64,000 nt of DNA. Origin: Eubacterium sp. (lineage in GTDB: Bacteria; Bacillota; Clostridia; Oscillospirales; Acutalibacteraceae). The stretch covers positions 3,213 to 67,212 of the forward strand of contig JACTVT010000003.1 in the NCBI GenBank assembly GCA_014465955.1, read 5' to 3'. Of this stretch, positions 1 to 11,898 are shown piece by piece. A model generated the notes under the pieces. That model ran no database searches. It saw only the letters and a program-made list of their open reading frames with translations, and was not told the DNA's origin. Position numbers and translations under genes: made by a program. How positions within the stretch are numbered: position 1 is the first letter of the stretch; each line of letters opens with the position of its first letter.

Positions 1-521
1 CCGTCTTCTTCAACTTTGTCAAAGCAAACGATGGATTTGATTTTATCGGGCATCGGTGCTTTAACACCGACGATTGTAATATCAGCCTCGGTTTTTTCGT
101 GTGCCTCAAATAAAGCCTCGTAATCAAGTGATAAAACATTGTTGCAGTCGCTCATAACTACATATGTCTGATTGCTTTGATTTAAAAAGCCTTTATTGCC
201 GTAAATTGCGTCAATTCTGTTGCCCCACATTGTGGCAGTGCCTACATTGAACGGCGGCAGAATGAACAGACCGTCATTTTTTCTGCTTAAATCCCACGGT
301 TTGCCTGTGCCTACGTGGTCCATAAGCGACTGGAAATTAGCGTTTGTAATAACGCCGATTTTGGTGATTCCGCTCTCTACCATATTTGAAAGAGGAAAGT
401 CAATAAGTCTGTATCTTGAACAGAAAGGCAATGAGCCCATTGTTCTTACGGCAGTAAGACTGTCAAGTGTGCTTTCGTGAATGTTTGCAAAAATCATTCC
501 TAAAACCTGTTTCCCGTTCAT
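1..521 (-). CDS. glgD: Glucose-1-phosphate adenylyltransferase subunit GlgD (3' part runs off the window)
   Basis: Not in the ORF track. Manual translation from ATG 521 gives MNGKQVLGMIFANIHESTLDSLTAVRTMGSLPFCSRYRLIDFPLSNM. GGAGG RBS; directly follows glgC. Confidence 0.9.
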   Translation of the reverse strand, partial: MNGKQVLGMIFANIHESTLDSLTAVRTMGSLPFCSRYRLIDFPLSNMVESGITKIGVITNANFQSLMDHVGTGKPWDLSRKNDGLFILPPFNVGTATMWGNRIDAIYGNKGFLNQSNQTYVVMSDCNNVLSLDYEALFEAHEKTEADITIVGVKAPMPDKIKSIVCFDKVEED

Positions 522-523
522 GC

Positions 524-1732
524 TTATACCTCCTCTCCCGATTTAATCATAACTCCGGGGTCAACTTTTGCGCCCTTGGTGATTTTAGCGCCTGCGCCGA
601 TAACTGCAATACCCCAGTCCTCGGGGTTTTCAAGTTCTTCGGGGATAACGCCTATGCGCGCATCTTCATCAATTACGGCATCTTCCGCAACGATTGAGTA
701 GTAAACCTTTGCACCTTTTTTGATTGTAACGCCCGGCATAATTACACTGTATCTTATGTCTGCGCCTTCTTCAATAGCAACATTGCTTGAAATTACGCTG
801 TAATCTACATTGCCCTCAATTTCACAGCCTTCTGAAATGGAAGAGTTTTCAACAACGGCATTTTTGCCAATGTAATGCGGTGGGCTGATTGGATTTCGGC
901 TGTAAATTTTCCAGCTCGGGTCGCTTAAATCAAGGTCAACATTTGGATTAATTATGTCAAGATTAGCCTCCCACAGTGAGTCGATTGTGCCGACGTCTTT
1001 CCAATATCCTTTAAACGGAAAAGCAAACATACGCTCGCCTGCGTCAAGCATTGCAGGAATAATGTTTTTGCCGAAATCGTTTGCAGAACCTTCTGTGTTT
1101 TCATCTTCAATAAGATATTTTTTCAACTTGTCCCAACTGAAAACGTAAACACCCATAGATGCCTTGTTGGATTTAGGTTCGGCAGGCTTTTCTGCAAATT
1201 CGTAAATCTTGTTATCTTCGTCTGTAGCCAGAATTCCGAATCGTGATGCCTCCTCCCACGGAACTTCAAGAACTGCAATTGTGCAGTCGGCATTGTTCTT
1301 TTTGTGGAAATCAATCATCTTTGCATAATTCATTTTATAGATATGGTCGCCCGAAAGAATTACAACGTATTCAGGGTCGTATTTCTGAATGAAATTGATG
1401 TTCTGGTAAATTGCATTTGCCGTGCCTTTGTACCATTCTGCACCGCCGATTGCCTCGTATGGCGACAGAACGTGAACACCGCCGTTCTGCCTGTCTAAAT
1501 CCCACGGCTGACCGTTGCCGAGATAATCGTTGAGTTCAAGCGGCTGGTACTGGGTCAGTACGCCAACGGTGTAAATACCGCTGTTTACGCAGTTTGAAAG
1601 CGGGAAATCAATAATTCTGTAGTTTCCGCCGTAAGGTACGGCGGGTTTTGCGATGTTTTTTGTAAGAACACCGAGACGGCTTCCCTGACCGCCTGCAAGA
1701 AGCATTGCCACTACATTTGATTTATGTGCCAT
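524..1732 (-). CDS. glgC: Glucose-1-phosphate adenylyltransferase
   Basis: [47 protein letters not shown] motifs. Confidence 0.97.
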   Translation of the reverse strand: MAHKSNVVAMLLAGGQGSRLGVLTKNIAKPAVPYGGNYRIIDFPLSNCVNSGIYTVGVLTQYQPLELNDYLGNGQPWDLDRQNGGVHVLSPYEAIGGAEWYKGTANAIYQNINFIQKYDPEYVVILSGDHIYKMNYAKMIDFHKKNNADCTIAVLEVPWEEASRFGILATDEDNKIYEFAEKPAEPKSNKASMGVYVFSWDKLKKYLIEDENTEGSANDFGKNIIPAMLDAGERMFAFPFKGYWKDVGTIDSLWEANLDIINPNVDLDLSDPSWKIYSRNPISPPHYIGKNAVVENSSISEGCEIEGNVDYSVISSNVAIEEGADIRYSVIMPGVTIKKGAKVYYSIVAEDAVIDEDARIGVIPEELENPEDWGIAVIGAGAKITKGAKVDPGVMIKSGEEV

Positions 1733-1753
1733 AGTATTCCTCCTGTTTCGGAT

Positions 1754-3634
1754 TTATTTAACCTTTTCTAAAAACATAGCGTTCAGACCGCCGAGTTTCA
1801 GACCGATGCTTTGATCGAAACCATGCATCGGTTTTTTTGCTGTTTTGTATGTGCCTGAAAGACGGGCTTTTGTTCCGCCGTATTTCTTTAAATTATTGTC
1901 AAAAATAACCTTGTATGTTCCTGCCTCGGGCACGCCGATTCTGTATTCGGTGTGACTGTTAGGTGTGAAATTGAAAATGCCTATAATTTCTTTGCCTGCT
2001 TTGTTGATTCTGCGAAAAGCAATTGTTGAATTGGCATTGTCATCGCTTGAAATCCAACTGAAGCCTTCCCAACTGTAGTCGATTTCCCACAGTTCGGAGT
2101 GCTGTTTGTAGAATTTGTTGAGCTCTCTTGTAAAATTCTGCAATTTTTTATGTTTTTCATAATCAAGCAGCAGCCAGTCAAGTCCTTCTTCGTATGCCCA
2201 TTCTTTAAACTGACCGAATTCCTGACCCATAAAGAGTAACTTCTTGCCGGGGTGAGCCATCATATAAGAGAGGAAAAGCCTCATTCCGTCAAATTTGGCG
2301 TCGTATTCACCGGGCATTTTATTAAGCAGGCTTGCCTTGCCGTGTACAACCTCATCGTGGCTTATCGGCAGTATAAAGTTTTCCGAAAAAGCATAAAAGA
2401 AACTGAATGTAATGCAGTTGTGATTGCCTTTTCTGAATAACGGGTCCATAGATGTGTAGCGAAGCATATCGTTCATCCAGCCCATATTCCACTTGAAATT
2501 GAAGCCGAGTCCTCCGATATCGGTAGGCATTGTAATCATAGGCCACGCCGTTGATTCTTCGGCAATCATCATAATTGACGGGTGCTCTTTGAACATTGCT
2601 GAGTTCAGACTTCTGAAAAATTCAACAGCCTCAAAATTTTCACGTCCGCCGTTTTTGTTGGGTGTCCATTCGCCTGCATTTCTGCCGTAGTCGAGATAAA
2701 GCATAGATGCTACTGCGTCAACACGAAGACCGTCAAAATGATATTTGTCAGCCCAGTACATTGCAGATGATATAAGAAAACTTTTAACCTGATTTTTGCT
2801 GTAGTCAAAAACTCTTGTGCCCCATTCCTTGTGCTCGCCCTTTTTCATATCGCTGTATTCGTAAAGCGGCTGACCGTCAAACTCATAAAGTCCGTGAGCG
2901 TCTTTCGGGAAGTGAGCAGGTACCCAGTCAAGAATTACACCTATATCTGCCTTGTGGCAGGTGTCTACAAAATACATTAAGTCTTCGGGTGTGCCGTAGC
3001 GTGAGGTGGGGGCAAAATAGCCTGTTACCTGATAGCCCCAGGAGCCGTCAAACGGGAATTCCATAATCGGCAGCAGTTCAATATGGGTATAGCCCATATC
3101 CTTAACATAAGGCACAAGTTCGTCTGCCATTTCACGGTATGAAAGAAAATCACCGTTTTCGTGCTGCTTCCATGAGCCGAAATGAATTTCGTAAATGTTT
3201 ACAGGCTTTTCAAGAATGTTTGATTTTTTACATTCTGCCTGCCACTTTTTGTCATTCCATTTATAATCGGCAAGTTCATATACTTTTGATGCTGTGCCCG
3301 GTCTTGTTTCGGCGTGAACGGCATACGGATCTGCTTTGTCAATAATTCTGCCGTCAGCAGTATGAATTGAGTATTTATAGCAGTCAAAAACTTTGACGCC
3401 GTCAATAACAGCCTCCCAGATACCGTCTGCAACGGGAATCATATAATCCGCCTCGTTGTTCCAGCCGTTAAAATCACCTATAACTGAAACTGCACTTGCG
3501 TGCGGAGCCCATACGCGAAAAACAAAAGTATCCTTTTTAAGTTTATGAACGCCGAAAAAATCATATGCCCTGTAATTTTCACCTTTGTTGAAAAGGTAAA
3601 CAGGGAATTGATATTCTTTTTTGATTTCTATCAT
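1754..3634 (-). CDS. glgB: 1,4-alpha-glucan branching enzyme (GH13)
   Basis: [43 protein letters not shown]. The AGGAG RBS favours ATG 3634 over 3643. Confidence 0.97.
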   Translation of the reverse strand: MIEIKKEYQFPVYLFNKGENYRAYDFFGVHKLKKDTFVFRVWAPHASAVSVIGDFNGWNNEADYMIPVADGIWEAVIDGVKVFDCYKYSIHTADGRIIDKADPYAVHAETRPGTASKVYELADYKWNDKKWQAECKKSNILEKPVNIYEIHFGSWKQHENGDFLSYREMADELVPYVKDMGYTHIELLPIMEFPFDGSWGYQVTGYFAPTSRYGTPEDLMYFVDTCHKADIGVILDWVPAHFPKDAHGLYEFDGQPLYEYSDMKKGEHKEWGTRVFDYSKNQVKSFLISSAMYWADKYHFDGLRVDAVASMLYLDYGRNAGEWTPNKNGGRENFEAVEFFRSLNSAMFKEHPSIMMIAEESTAWPMITMPTDIGGLGFNFKWNMGWMNDMLRYTSMDPLFRKGNHNCITFSFFYAFSENFILPISHDEVVHGKASLLNKMPGEYDAKFDGMRLFLSYMMAHPGKKLLFMGQEFGQFKEWAYEEGLDWLLLDYEKHKKLQNFTRELNKFYKQHSELWEIDYSWEGFSWISSDDNANSTIAFRRINKAGKEIIGIFNFTPNSHTEYRIGVPEAGTYKVIFDNNLKKYGGTKARLSGTYKTAKKPMHGFDQSIGLKLGGLNAMFLEKVK

Positions 3635-3687
3635 AAATATCATCTCCTTTTTGCCGTATTTTGCTTTTGATATTTATATACATTAAG

Positions 3688-3716
3688 ATTGTAACACTAT
3701 ATCCTGCAATATGCAA
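3688..3716 (-). promoter_or_regulatory. Sigma-A-like promoter for glgBCD
   Basis: Minus strand TTGCAT-17 nt-TACAAT with TG extension. Confidence 0.55.
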
Positions 3717-3936
3717 GGCTTTTTTGTTTAGTTTGTTACAAGAATTTTTCTCAAAATTTCAAATATTGTGCAATTTGTAGAAAAATATACAAATAATTTG
3801 TGTAATTTGTTAGATAGCTGCGTGGCACTCTCAATAAATTATTAAATATTTTTTATGAAAAATATGGCTATTTTACTATTGAATGAATACATATTTATAT
3901 GGTATAATGCTATTTGTTAATGGTGAGGTGGAAACT

Positions 3937-4452
3937 ATGAAGGATATTGTTGTTGTTTACCCCGTAAAAGAAACGGCACAGGCGATAGCAAATCTTATCG
4001 AAAAAAGCGGTTTTCGTGTATCTCACATTTGTGCCCTCGGCACGTCTGCACTTGAAATTTCACAGCAAAAACGGCGCGGTGTTATCGTTTGCCCGTTTGT
4101 AATGCGTGATATGTCTGCTTCCGATCTGGCGGAAATTCTGCCTGTTGATTTTGACGTTGTGGCACTATCCAAAAACGGTTCGGAGCAGTATATGGGCAAT
4201 ATGATTACTTTACCGCTGCCTATTGAAAAAGAGATGTTTATTCAGACAATAAGCGTTCTTGCCTCAAGCCGCAGCAGTTTTACAAAAAGAACCGATGACG
4301 AGGCTGACTGTATTTCAAAAGCCAAAGAGGTTCTGATTGCCGTTAAAGGAATGAATGAGTGTCAGGCGCATAAATTTTTACAGAGCGAAAGTATGAAAAC
4401 AGGCAGAAAAATATCTGCCGTTGCAATGAGCATACTTGATGAATTTGCTTAA
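3937..4452 (+). CDS. ANTAR-domain RNA-binding antiterminator with a degenerate receiver-like N-terminus
   Basis: C-terminal ISKAKEVLIAVKGMNECQAHKFLQSESMKTGRKISAVAMSIL matches the ANTAR pattern; GAGGTG RBS before ATG 3937. Confidence 0.85.
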   Translation: MKDIVVVYPVKETAQAIANLIEKSGFRVSHICALGTSALEISQQKRRGVIVCPFVMRDMSASDLAEILPVDFDVVALSKNGSEQYMGNMITLPLPIEKEMFIQTISVLASSRSSFTKRTDDEADCISKAKEVLIAVKGMNECQAHKFLQSESMKTGRKISAVAMSILDEFA

Positions 4453-4470
4453 TATTTTTAGTTTGGTGAT

Positions 4471-5316
4471 TTGATGAAATTTACTAAAATGCACGGCTGC
4501 GGCAATGATTATGTTTATATTGACGGTTTTGAAGAAACTGTTTTAAACGAGTCCGAAACTGCAAAAAGGATTTCAGACAGGCATTTCGGTGTCGGCGGCG
4601 ACGGTATGATAATCATTAAAAAAGGCATTAAAGCCGATTTTGAAATGGTTATGTATAATGCCGACGGTTCACGTGCAGAAATGTGCGGCAACGCTATTCG
4701 ATGTGTTGCTAAATATGTTTATGATAAAGGCTATACAAAAAATACTTCGTTTACGATTGAATCTATGGGTGCGGTTAAGTATATTGATGTTACGGTTGAA
4801 AACGGAAGTGTTGTTTCAGCCAAGGTTGATATGGGTGCGCCGATTCTTAAAGCGGCAGATGTTCCCGTTGTCAGCGGTAATGAACAATGCGTTAAAGAGA
4901 AAATAACCGTGGCTGACAGGGAGTTTGAAATGACCTGTGTTTCTATGGGCAATCCTCACGCAGTTATGTTTATTGATGAACACCCGGTTGATTTTAATCT
5001 TGATTTTTACGGCGCTCAGTTTGAGGGCAACACGGCAGTTTTTCCGAGAAAGGTTAACGCCGAGTTTGCAAAGGTTATTGACAGAAAAAATATAGAAATG
5101 CGTGTTTTTGAGCGCGGTACGGGCGAAACGCTTGCCTGCGGCACCGGTTCGTGTGCAACAGCGGTTGCTGCTATCGTTAACGGTCTTGCAGATAATGATG
5201 TTACAATTCATCTTTTAGGCGGCGATTTGCAGATTAGTTGGAGCGGCAATGAAAATGACAGCGTGTTTATGACAGGTCCGTGCGAATATGTTTTTACAGG
5301 TGAAATAAATATCTGA
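4471..5316 (+). CDS. dapF: Diaminopimelate epimerase
   Basis: FTKMHGCGNDY, EMCGNAIRC, SMGNPHAV, ERGTGETLACGTG. Confidence 0.97.
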   Translation: MMKFTKMHGCGNDYVYIDGFEETVLNESETAKRISDRHFGVGGDGMIIIKKGIKADFEMVMYNADGSRAEMCGNAIRCVAKYVYDKGYTKNTSFTIESMGAVKYIDVTVENGSVVSAKVDMGAPILKAADVPVVSGNEQCVKEKITVADREFEMTCVSMGNPHAVMFIDEHPVDFNLDFYGAQFEGNTAVFPRKVNAEFAKVIDRKNIEMRVFERGTGETLACGTGSCATAVAAIVNGLADNDVTIHLLGGDLQISWSGNENDSVFMTGPCEYVFTGEINI

Positions 5317-5352
5317 ATTTCAGGCGGCATAATTAATTAGGAGGATTAAAAT

Positions 5353-6567
5353 ATGAAAATCAATGAGAATTTTTTGAAGATTGAAAGTTCATATCTGTTT
5401 TCAACTGTTGCAAGAAAGCAGAGAGAATATCAGGCTGCACATCCTGATAAAGAGGTTATCCGCCTTTCAATCGGTGATGTTACAAAGCCTCTGGCACCTG
5501 CGGTTATTGATGCCATGCATAAGGCAGTTGATGAAATGGCTGACGAAAAAACATTTCACGGCTATCCGTCTGAATACGGTGAAAGTTTTATTATTGATGC
5601 TATTCAGAAAAATGATTATGCCGACAGGGGAATTGATATTGCAAAAGACGAAATTTTTCTTTCCGACGGTGCAAAGTCTGACTGCGGCAATATAGGCGAT
5701 ATTTTCAGTGTTGATAATAAAGTTGCTATCTGCGATCCTGTTTATCCTGTTTATCTTGATACAAATATTATGGCAGGCAGAAGCGGCAATAAAGGCGAAG
5801 ACGGTCTTTTTGATAATATTATTTATATGCCGTGCACTGCAGAAAACAATTTTATGCCGTGTATTCCCGAAGAAAAGGCAGACGTAATTTATCTTTGTTT
5901 TCCGAATAACCCAACGGGTATGACTGCATCGAGGGAACAACTTAAAGTATGGGTTGATTATGCGCTTGAAAATAATTCTCTTATTCTTTTTGACTCTGCT
6001 TATGAGGCGTTTATTACAGACGATTCGCCAAAGTCAATTTATGAAATTGAGGGCGCAAAAAAATGTGCAATTGAACTTCGTTCCTTTTCAAAAACAGCAG
6101 GATTTACGGGTGTAAGATGCGGCTACACAGTTGTGCCGAAGGACTTGCAGTTTGACGGCGTAAGCCTTAATGCTTTGTGGGCAAGACGCCAGGCAACAAA
6201 GTTCAACGGCGTAAGTTATATTACACAGCGTGCGGCTGAGGCTGTTTACAGCGAAGAGGGTAAAAAGCAGACAAGAGAAACTATTGCGTATTATCAGCGC
6301 AATGCAAAGGTTATTTATGACGGTCTTACCGAGGCTGGCTTTACATGTTACGGTGCAGTGAATTCACCTTATGTATGGCTCTCTGTTCCAAAGGGTATGA
6401 CCTCGTGGGAATTCTTTGATGATTTGCTTGATAAGTGTCAGGTAGTCGGTACACCCGGTTCAGGCTTCGGTCCGAGCGGCGAAGGCTATCTGCGTTTGAC
6501 TGCATTCGGTAATTATGAGAAAACTATTGAAGCAGTTGAAAGAATCAAAACAGTTTACGGTAAATAA
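5353..6567 (+). CDS. dapL: LL-diaminopimelate aminotransferase
   Basis: [38 protein letters not shown]; adjacent to dapF. Confidence 0.95.
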   Translation: MKINENFLKIESSYLFSTVARKQREYQAAHPDKEVIRLSIGDVTKPLAPAVIDAMHKAVDEMADEKTFHGYPSEYGESFIIDAIQKNDYADRGIDIAKDEIFLSDGAKSDCGNIGDIFSVDNKVAICDPVYPVYLDTNIMAGRSGNKGEDGLFDNIIYMPCTAENNFMPCIPEEKADVIYLCFPNNPTGMTASREQLKVWVDYALENNSLILFDSAYEAFITDDSPKSIYEIEGAKKCAIELRSFSKTAGFTGVRCGYTVVPKDLQFDGVSLNALWARRQATKFNGVSYITQRAAEAVYSEEGKKQTRETIAYYQRNAKVIYDGLTEAGFTCYGAVNSPYVWLSVPKGMTSWEFFDDLLDKCQVVGTPGSGFGPSGEGYLRLTAFGNYEKTIEAVERIKTVYGK

Positions 6568-6606
6568 TTATTTTAAAATATAATATTAAAACGGAGGAAT
6601 TTTAAA

Positions 6607-7319
<713 letters not shown>

Positions 7320-7320
<1 letters not shown>

Positions 7321-8753
7321 TGGCAAATAATACGTATAATTCACCGTTTAACGCACGTTATGCCAGCAAGGAAATGCAGTATATTTATTCTCCCGATTTT
7401 AAGTTTAAAACCTGGAGAAAACTGTGGATTGCACTTGCTGAGGCTGAAAACGAACTCGGGCTTAATGTTACAAAAGAGCAGATTGAAGAATTAAAAGCAC
7501 ATCAGGACGATATTAATTACGATGTTGCAAGGGAATATGAAAAAATGTTCCGCCACGATGTTATGAGCCACGTTCATGCATACGGCGAGCAGTGCCCGAA
7601 TGCAAAGCCTATTATTCACCTTGGTGCAACAAGTTGTTATGTAGGCGACAATACGGATGTAATCACAATGCGTGAGGCTCTTCTTCTTATCAAGAAAAAA
7701 CTTGTCAACGCTATTGCATCTGTTGCAAAATTTGCAGATGAATATAAATCTATGCCGTGTCTCGGTTTTACCCATTTTCAGCCTGCACAGCCTACAACAG
7801 TAGGTAAAAGGGCAACGCTCTGGCTTATGGATCTCGTTATGGATTATGAGGAAATCTGTCACGTGCTTGACACGCTTATGCTTCTTGGCTCAAAGGGCAC
7901 AACAGGCACTCAGGCATCATTCCTTGAACTCTTCAACGGTGATCACGAAAAGTGTAAAGAACTTGACAGAAAGATTGCCGAAAAAATGGGCTTCAAGGCT
8001 TGCTTTCCCGTAAGCGGACAGACTTATGCAAGAAAACTTGATACAATTGTCTGCAATTGCCTTGCACTTATTGCACAGTCCTGCTGCAAGTTTTCAAATG
8101 ATTTAAGACTTCTTCAGAATCTTAAAGAAATTGAAGAACCGTTTGAGAAAAATCAGATTGGCTCATCGGCAATGGCGTATAAGCGCAATCCAATGAGGTC
8201 TGAGCGTATTGCATCGCTTTCACGTTATGTTATGATTGATGCTTTGAATCCTGCTTGGACTGCGTCTGCACAGTGGTTTGAAAGAACGCTTGATGATAGT
8301 GCAAACAAGCGTGTTTCCGTTGCAGAGGCTTTCCTTGCTACAGACGGTATTCTTGATTTGTATATCAATGTTACAAGCGGACTTGTTGTTTATCCAAAGG
8401 TTATAGAGGCACGCCTTATGAGCGAACTTCCGTTTATGGCAACTGAAAATATTATGATGGATGCCGTAAAGAAGGGCGGCGACAGGCAGGAACTTCACGA
8501 AAAAATCCGTGTTCATTCTATGGCAGCAGGCAATGTTGTTAAGGTTGAGGGCGGTAAAAACGACCTTGTGGATCGTATTGCCGCAGACCCTGCATTTATG
8601 ATGACGAAAGAAGAAATTCTTGCAGTTATGAAGCCTGAAAACTTTGTGGGCAGAGCGCCTGAGCAGACTGCTGATTTCCTTAAAGAAACAGTTCAGCCGA
8701 TTCTTGATGCCAACAAAGACCTTCTCGGCATTGATGTTGAGATTAATGTTTAA
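7320..8753 (+). CDS. purB: Adenylosuccinate lyase
   Basis: RHDVMSH, IHLGATS, FTHFQPAQ, GSSAMAYKRNPMRSE. Confidence 0.97.
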
Positions 8754-8756
8754 TAT

Positions 8757-8839
8757 GTAGGGGTCGCCGTCTTCGACGACCCGAAAAGCGGGCAGATAGT
8801 ATCCGTCCCTACGTAGGGGTCGATGCCTTCATCGACCCG
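8757..8839. repeat. Cluster of three GTAG-REP hairpins (8757-8783 +, 8789-8812 -, 8813-8839 +)
   Basis: e.g. GTAG-GGGTCGATG-CCTT-CATCGACCC-G. Confidence 0.85.
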
Positions 8840-8855
8840 TTCTACAATAATGTTA

Positions 8856-8890
8856 AACCCCCGCAGAAACTCAATGTTTCTGCGGGGGTT
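8856..8890. terminator. Hairpin terminator between convergent purB and the PAS gene
   Basis: AACCCCCGCAGAAAC-TCAAT-GTTTCTGCGGGGGTT perfect inverted repeat. Confidence 0.75.
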
Positions 8891-8896
8891 AATGTT

Positions 8897-9271
8897 TTAT
8901 TCAAAATCATATAATTTCATTGTTTCAAGATTGCGGTATTCGTGTTTTTCATAGTAGCCGATAAGTGTGCCGCCATCATCTCTTAAAGCAACCATATAAA
9001 CGTCTTTGTTTTCCTTTTCGTTTCGATAAGTATAAACAATGTTGTTGTCAGCGCTCTTTTTAAACCATTCAACTGTTTTTTTAATCATTTCATTTGATTT
9101 CTCGTTGTGGCAGTTCAGAAGGCTTGTGCCAATCAGCTTTCTACCGCCTGATTTGCCGTATCTTGTGATTGCTGCGGGGTTCATATAAATAATTTTGTGC
9201 TCTGAATTGCATATAACTACTGCACTTCTTTCTTGTTCAATAATACTTTTAAAATATTGTGAAAGTTCCAT
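8897..9271 (-). CDS. Stand-alone PAS-domain protein
   Basis: SIIEQERSAVVICNSEHKIIYMNPAA...LIGTSLLNCH...RDDGGTLIGYYE, a PAS-fold pattern. Confidence 0.75.
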   Translation of the reverse strand: MELSQYFKSIIEQERSAVVICNSEHKIIYMNPAAITRYGKSGGRKLIGTSLLNCHNEKSNEMIKKTVEWFKKSADNNIVYTYRNEKENKDVYMVALRDDGGTLIGYYEKHEYRNLETMKLYDFE

Positions 9272-9307
9272 TTTGTTCTCCTTTACTGTAGCCTTGTGGT
9301 TATATTG

Positions 9308-10336
9308 CTAATTATACCCTGTCTTTTTTCTGTTTTCAAGTTCAAAAATCATAACGATAAATCCTAAAATCATCAGCACCGAAAATGTTAAATTTACGCT
9401 TGAGAATTCAAATATACTGTTCGCATAATTTGAAAATACTTCTGTTTCGCTTGGAAAAATCAGCAGCAGAATTCGGCAGACTGCATATGACAGCCCGCCG
9501 TGCACAATTCTTGATACAAGGAATTCAAGATAATTCATACCTGCTTTTGCGATGAACGGTAATAATTGTAAATGAATACAAAATCCTGAAAATGCGAGGA
9601 AAAAGGCAATTTCGGGCAGGTTCAGATTTTTGGCATTATGCGAAATTCCGAAAGTGATTTCAAAAACGGGTAAAAGAATTTCAGGCGGATTTATGATGTT
9701 GTTCAGCGCTGAAAACAAAATAATGAACGCACTTATATTCAGCACAGCGCTGATTGATTTCTGTACACTTGTGTTCAGCGCATCGGCAGTGTTTTCGTTA
9801 TAAAAAGAAAGTTCCGTATTTTTGGGCGTTTTGCCGAAAAAACCTGTTGCAACGGCAATTATAAGTGCTGACATTGTGGAAGATGCAAACAGAATCACTC
9901 CCTGCTGCTGGCTGCCCAGCATGGAATATCCGACAGCATTTATTATAAACGCAACGCCGCCGTTTACGTTAAATAAAAGCAGGCGTTTTGCAGTTCGTTT
10001 GTCGATATCATTATTTTCAAGCAGTGCGTTTGTTAATACTGCACCTGTCGGGTAACCGCCGAGCAGACCAAAGATTATTGCCCCTGCCGTGCATTTAGGC
10101 AGTCTGAAAACTTTTTCGGTTATCGGTGCAAGCAGTTTTTCTATCGGTGCAGAAATTTTTGATACGGTTATAAAATTGAATAAAATAAGCAGCGGCAGCA
10201 GGCTCGGTATAATAATTTTTTCTGCTATTGCAATGCCGTAAACTGCTCCCTCCTTTGCTTTGTCCGAAAATATGATCAGCACACCTATTATAATAAGTAT
10301 AAATATAAGCAAAATATTGTTTTTTGAGTTTTTCAT
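9308..10336 (-). CDS. ylbJ: Sporulation integral membrane protein, YlbJ-like
   Basis: IIPSLLP, GLLGGYPTGA, FEITFG, FSGFCIHLQ; divergent from yqfC/yqfD; start taken at ATG 10336. Confidence 0.8.
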   Translation of the reverse strand: MKNSKNNILLIFILIIIGVLIIFSDKAKEGAVYGIAIAEKIIIPSLLPLLILFNFITVSKISAPIEKLLAPITEKVFRLPKCTAGAIIFGLLGGYPTGAVLTNALLENNDIDKRTAKRLLLFNVNGGVAFIINAVGYSMLGSQQQGVILFASSTMSALIIAVATGFFGKTPKNTELSFYNENTADALNTSVQKSISAVLNISAFIILFSALNNIINPPEILLPVFEITFGISHNAKNLNLPEIAFFLAFSGFCIHLQLLPFIAKAGMNYLEFLVSRIVHGGLSYAVCRILLLIFPSETEVFSNYANSIFEFSSVNLTFSVLMILGFIVMIFELENRKKTGYN

Positions 10337-10376
10337 AATACCACCTATATAATTCATATAAATTAATGGTGATTTT

Positions 10377-10643
10377 ATGAAAAAAAAGAGCGTGAAAAAA
10401 ACAACTGATTTTCCTTTTGAATATTATACGGGTCAGCCGAGGCTTGAATTTTACGGTACAGATGAATGTGTTGTAGACGGTTTAAAGTCGATTATAAAAT
10501 ATTCCGCCGATGAAATTGTTTTGAATGTCGGTAAAATTGCCGTTAAATTTCTGGGCAGTGATCTGCATATAAATTCTTTCTCACCTGAGGGTGCAATTGT
10601 AAACGGCTTTATTCTGTCTATGGAGTTTGTGAGCAATGATTAG
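10377..10643 (+). CDS. yqfC: YabP/YqfC family sporulation protein
   Basis: 88 aa; PRLEFYGTDECVVDGLKSIIKYS...VKFLGSDLHI...VNGFILSMEF; overlaps the yqfD start. Confidence 0.75.
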   Translation: MKKKSVKKTTDFPFEYYTGQPRLEFYGTDECVVDGLKSIIKYSADEIVLNVGKIAVKFLGSDLHINSFSPEGAIVNGFILSMEFVSND

Positions 10644-11811
10644 CATAATCCGTTGGCTTTTAGGATATGTAAAATTTACATTTCTGAATGGATTTACAGA
10701 GGGATTTATAAATGACTGCTTTAAAAATAATCTGAATATCAAGGATATTGCTGAAACTGAAAACGGCATAACCGCCTCGGCTGATATCAAAACATATTTT
10801 CGTCTTCACCGAATTGCGTTCAGGCACGGTGGCAGAGTGAGCGTTGTTAAACGAAAAGGACTGCCGTTTTTCCTGCATCCGCTTAAAAATCGGTGGGGAA
10901 TTCTTGTCGGTATGGCATTTTCCGTTTTTCTTATATCGTTTATGGGAGGCTTTATCTGGAATGTAACTGTTGTCGGTAATGACAGAGTTACCGATGCGAA
11001 AATTGTTGATTACCTTGCTTGTAATGGTTTTAAAACAGGTATGCGCTGGAGCGATACGGATAAAGAAAACCTTGAATTCGGCGTTATGGCAGAATTTGAT
11101 GAGGTCAGTTGGATATCCATTAATAAAATCGGCAGTCTTGCCCTTGTTGAAATCAATGAAACACGTGATAAGCCGAGTATAACTGATGACAGCAAAATCA
11201 CTAATGTTGTGGCAGAAGATGACGGGATTATTACACGTGTAACAGCACTCGGCGGCTGGAGTCAGGTTAAAGCAGGCGATGCCGTTTCAAAAGGCGATTT
11301 GCTGATTTCGGGTGTGAATGAAAGCGAGGTTGATGAGAAAAATCATTTTGCTCATGCGCACGGCACAGTGCTTGCTAATGTAAATACAACACTCAGCCTT
11401 AACATCAGCCGTGAGCAGAAGGACAAGGATTTTTATAAATCGGCTGAGTATAAATCACTTTTCTTTTTCGGCATTAAAATTCCGCTTTATCTGAAAGCAG
11501 AGCAGGGTGATTTTGATGAAAATGTTTCAAGGGCAAGTTTTGTTTATAATAATTTTCGTTTGCCGATTGGTATTGAAACAAAAAAATGCGAATACTATAA
11601 TGTAATTTCAAATCGACTTAGTGATGAGACGCTTGAGGAACTGGCACGCAGTGAACTTGAAAAACTGAAAGCGGATAAACTGAAAAATGCTGAAATCATC
11701 AGTGAAAATGTTGAGGTTGAGATGCAGGACAATGTCTGCATTATTACAGGTTCATACAACATTGTAAAAAATATCGGTGTGGAGCAGGAAATTTTATTTG
11801 AAGATGAATAA
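10636..11811 (+). CDS. yqfD: Stage IV sporulation protein YqfD
   Basis: LLGYVKF, KRKGLPF, IWNVTVVGN, NVVAEDDGII, VKAGDAVSKGDLLISG. Confidence 0.88.
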   Translation: MISIIRWLLGYVKFTFLNGFTEGFINDCFKNNLNIKDIAETENGITASADIKTYFRLHRIAFRHGGRVSVVKRKGLPFFLHPLKNRWGILVGMAFSVFLISFMGGFIWNVTVVGNDRVTDAKIVDYLACNGFKTGMRWSDTDKENLEFGVMAEFDEVSWISINKIGSLALVEINETRDKPSITDDSKITNVVAEDDGIITRVTALGGWSQVKAGDAVSKGDLLISGVNESEVDEKNHFAHAHGTVLANVNTTLSLNISREQKDKDFYKSAEYKSLFFFGIKIPLYLKAEQGDFDENVSRASFVYNNFRLPIGIETKKCEYYNVISNRLSDETLEELARSELEKLKADKLKNAEIISENVEVEMQDNVCIITGSYNIVKNIGVEQEILFEDE

Positions 11812-11898
11812 ATCCCCTTGAAAGTGGATTTTATATGTGCTAAAATGACTTCGATAAAATTGCAATGATATAAAAATGTAAAACAGGAGGTATAATTT

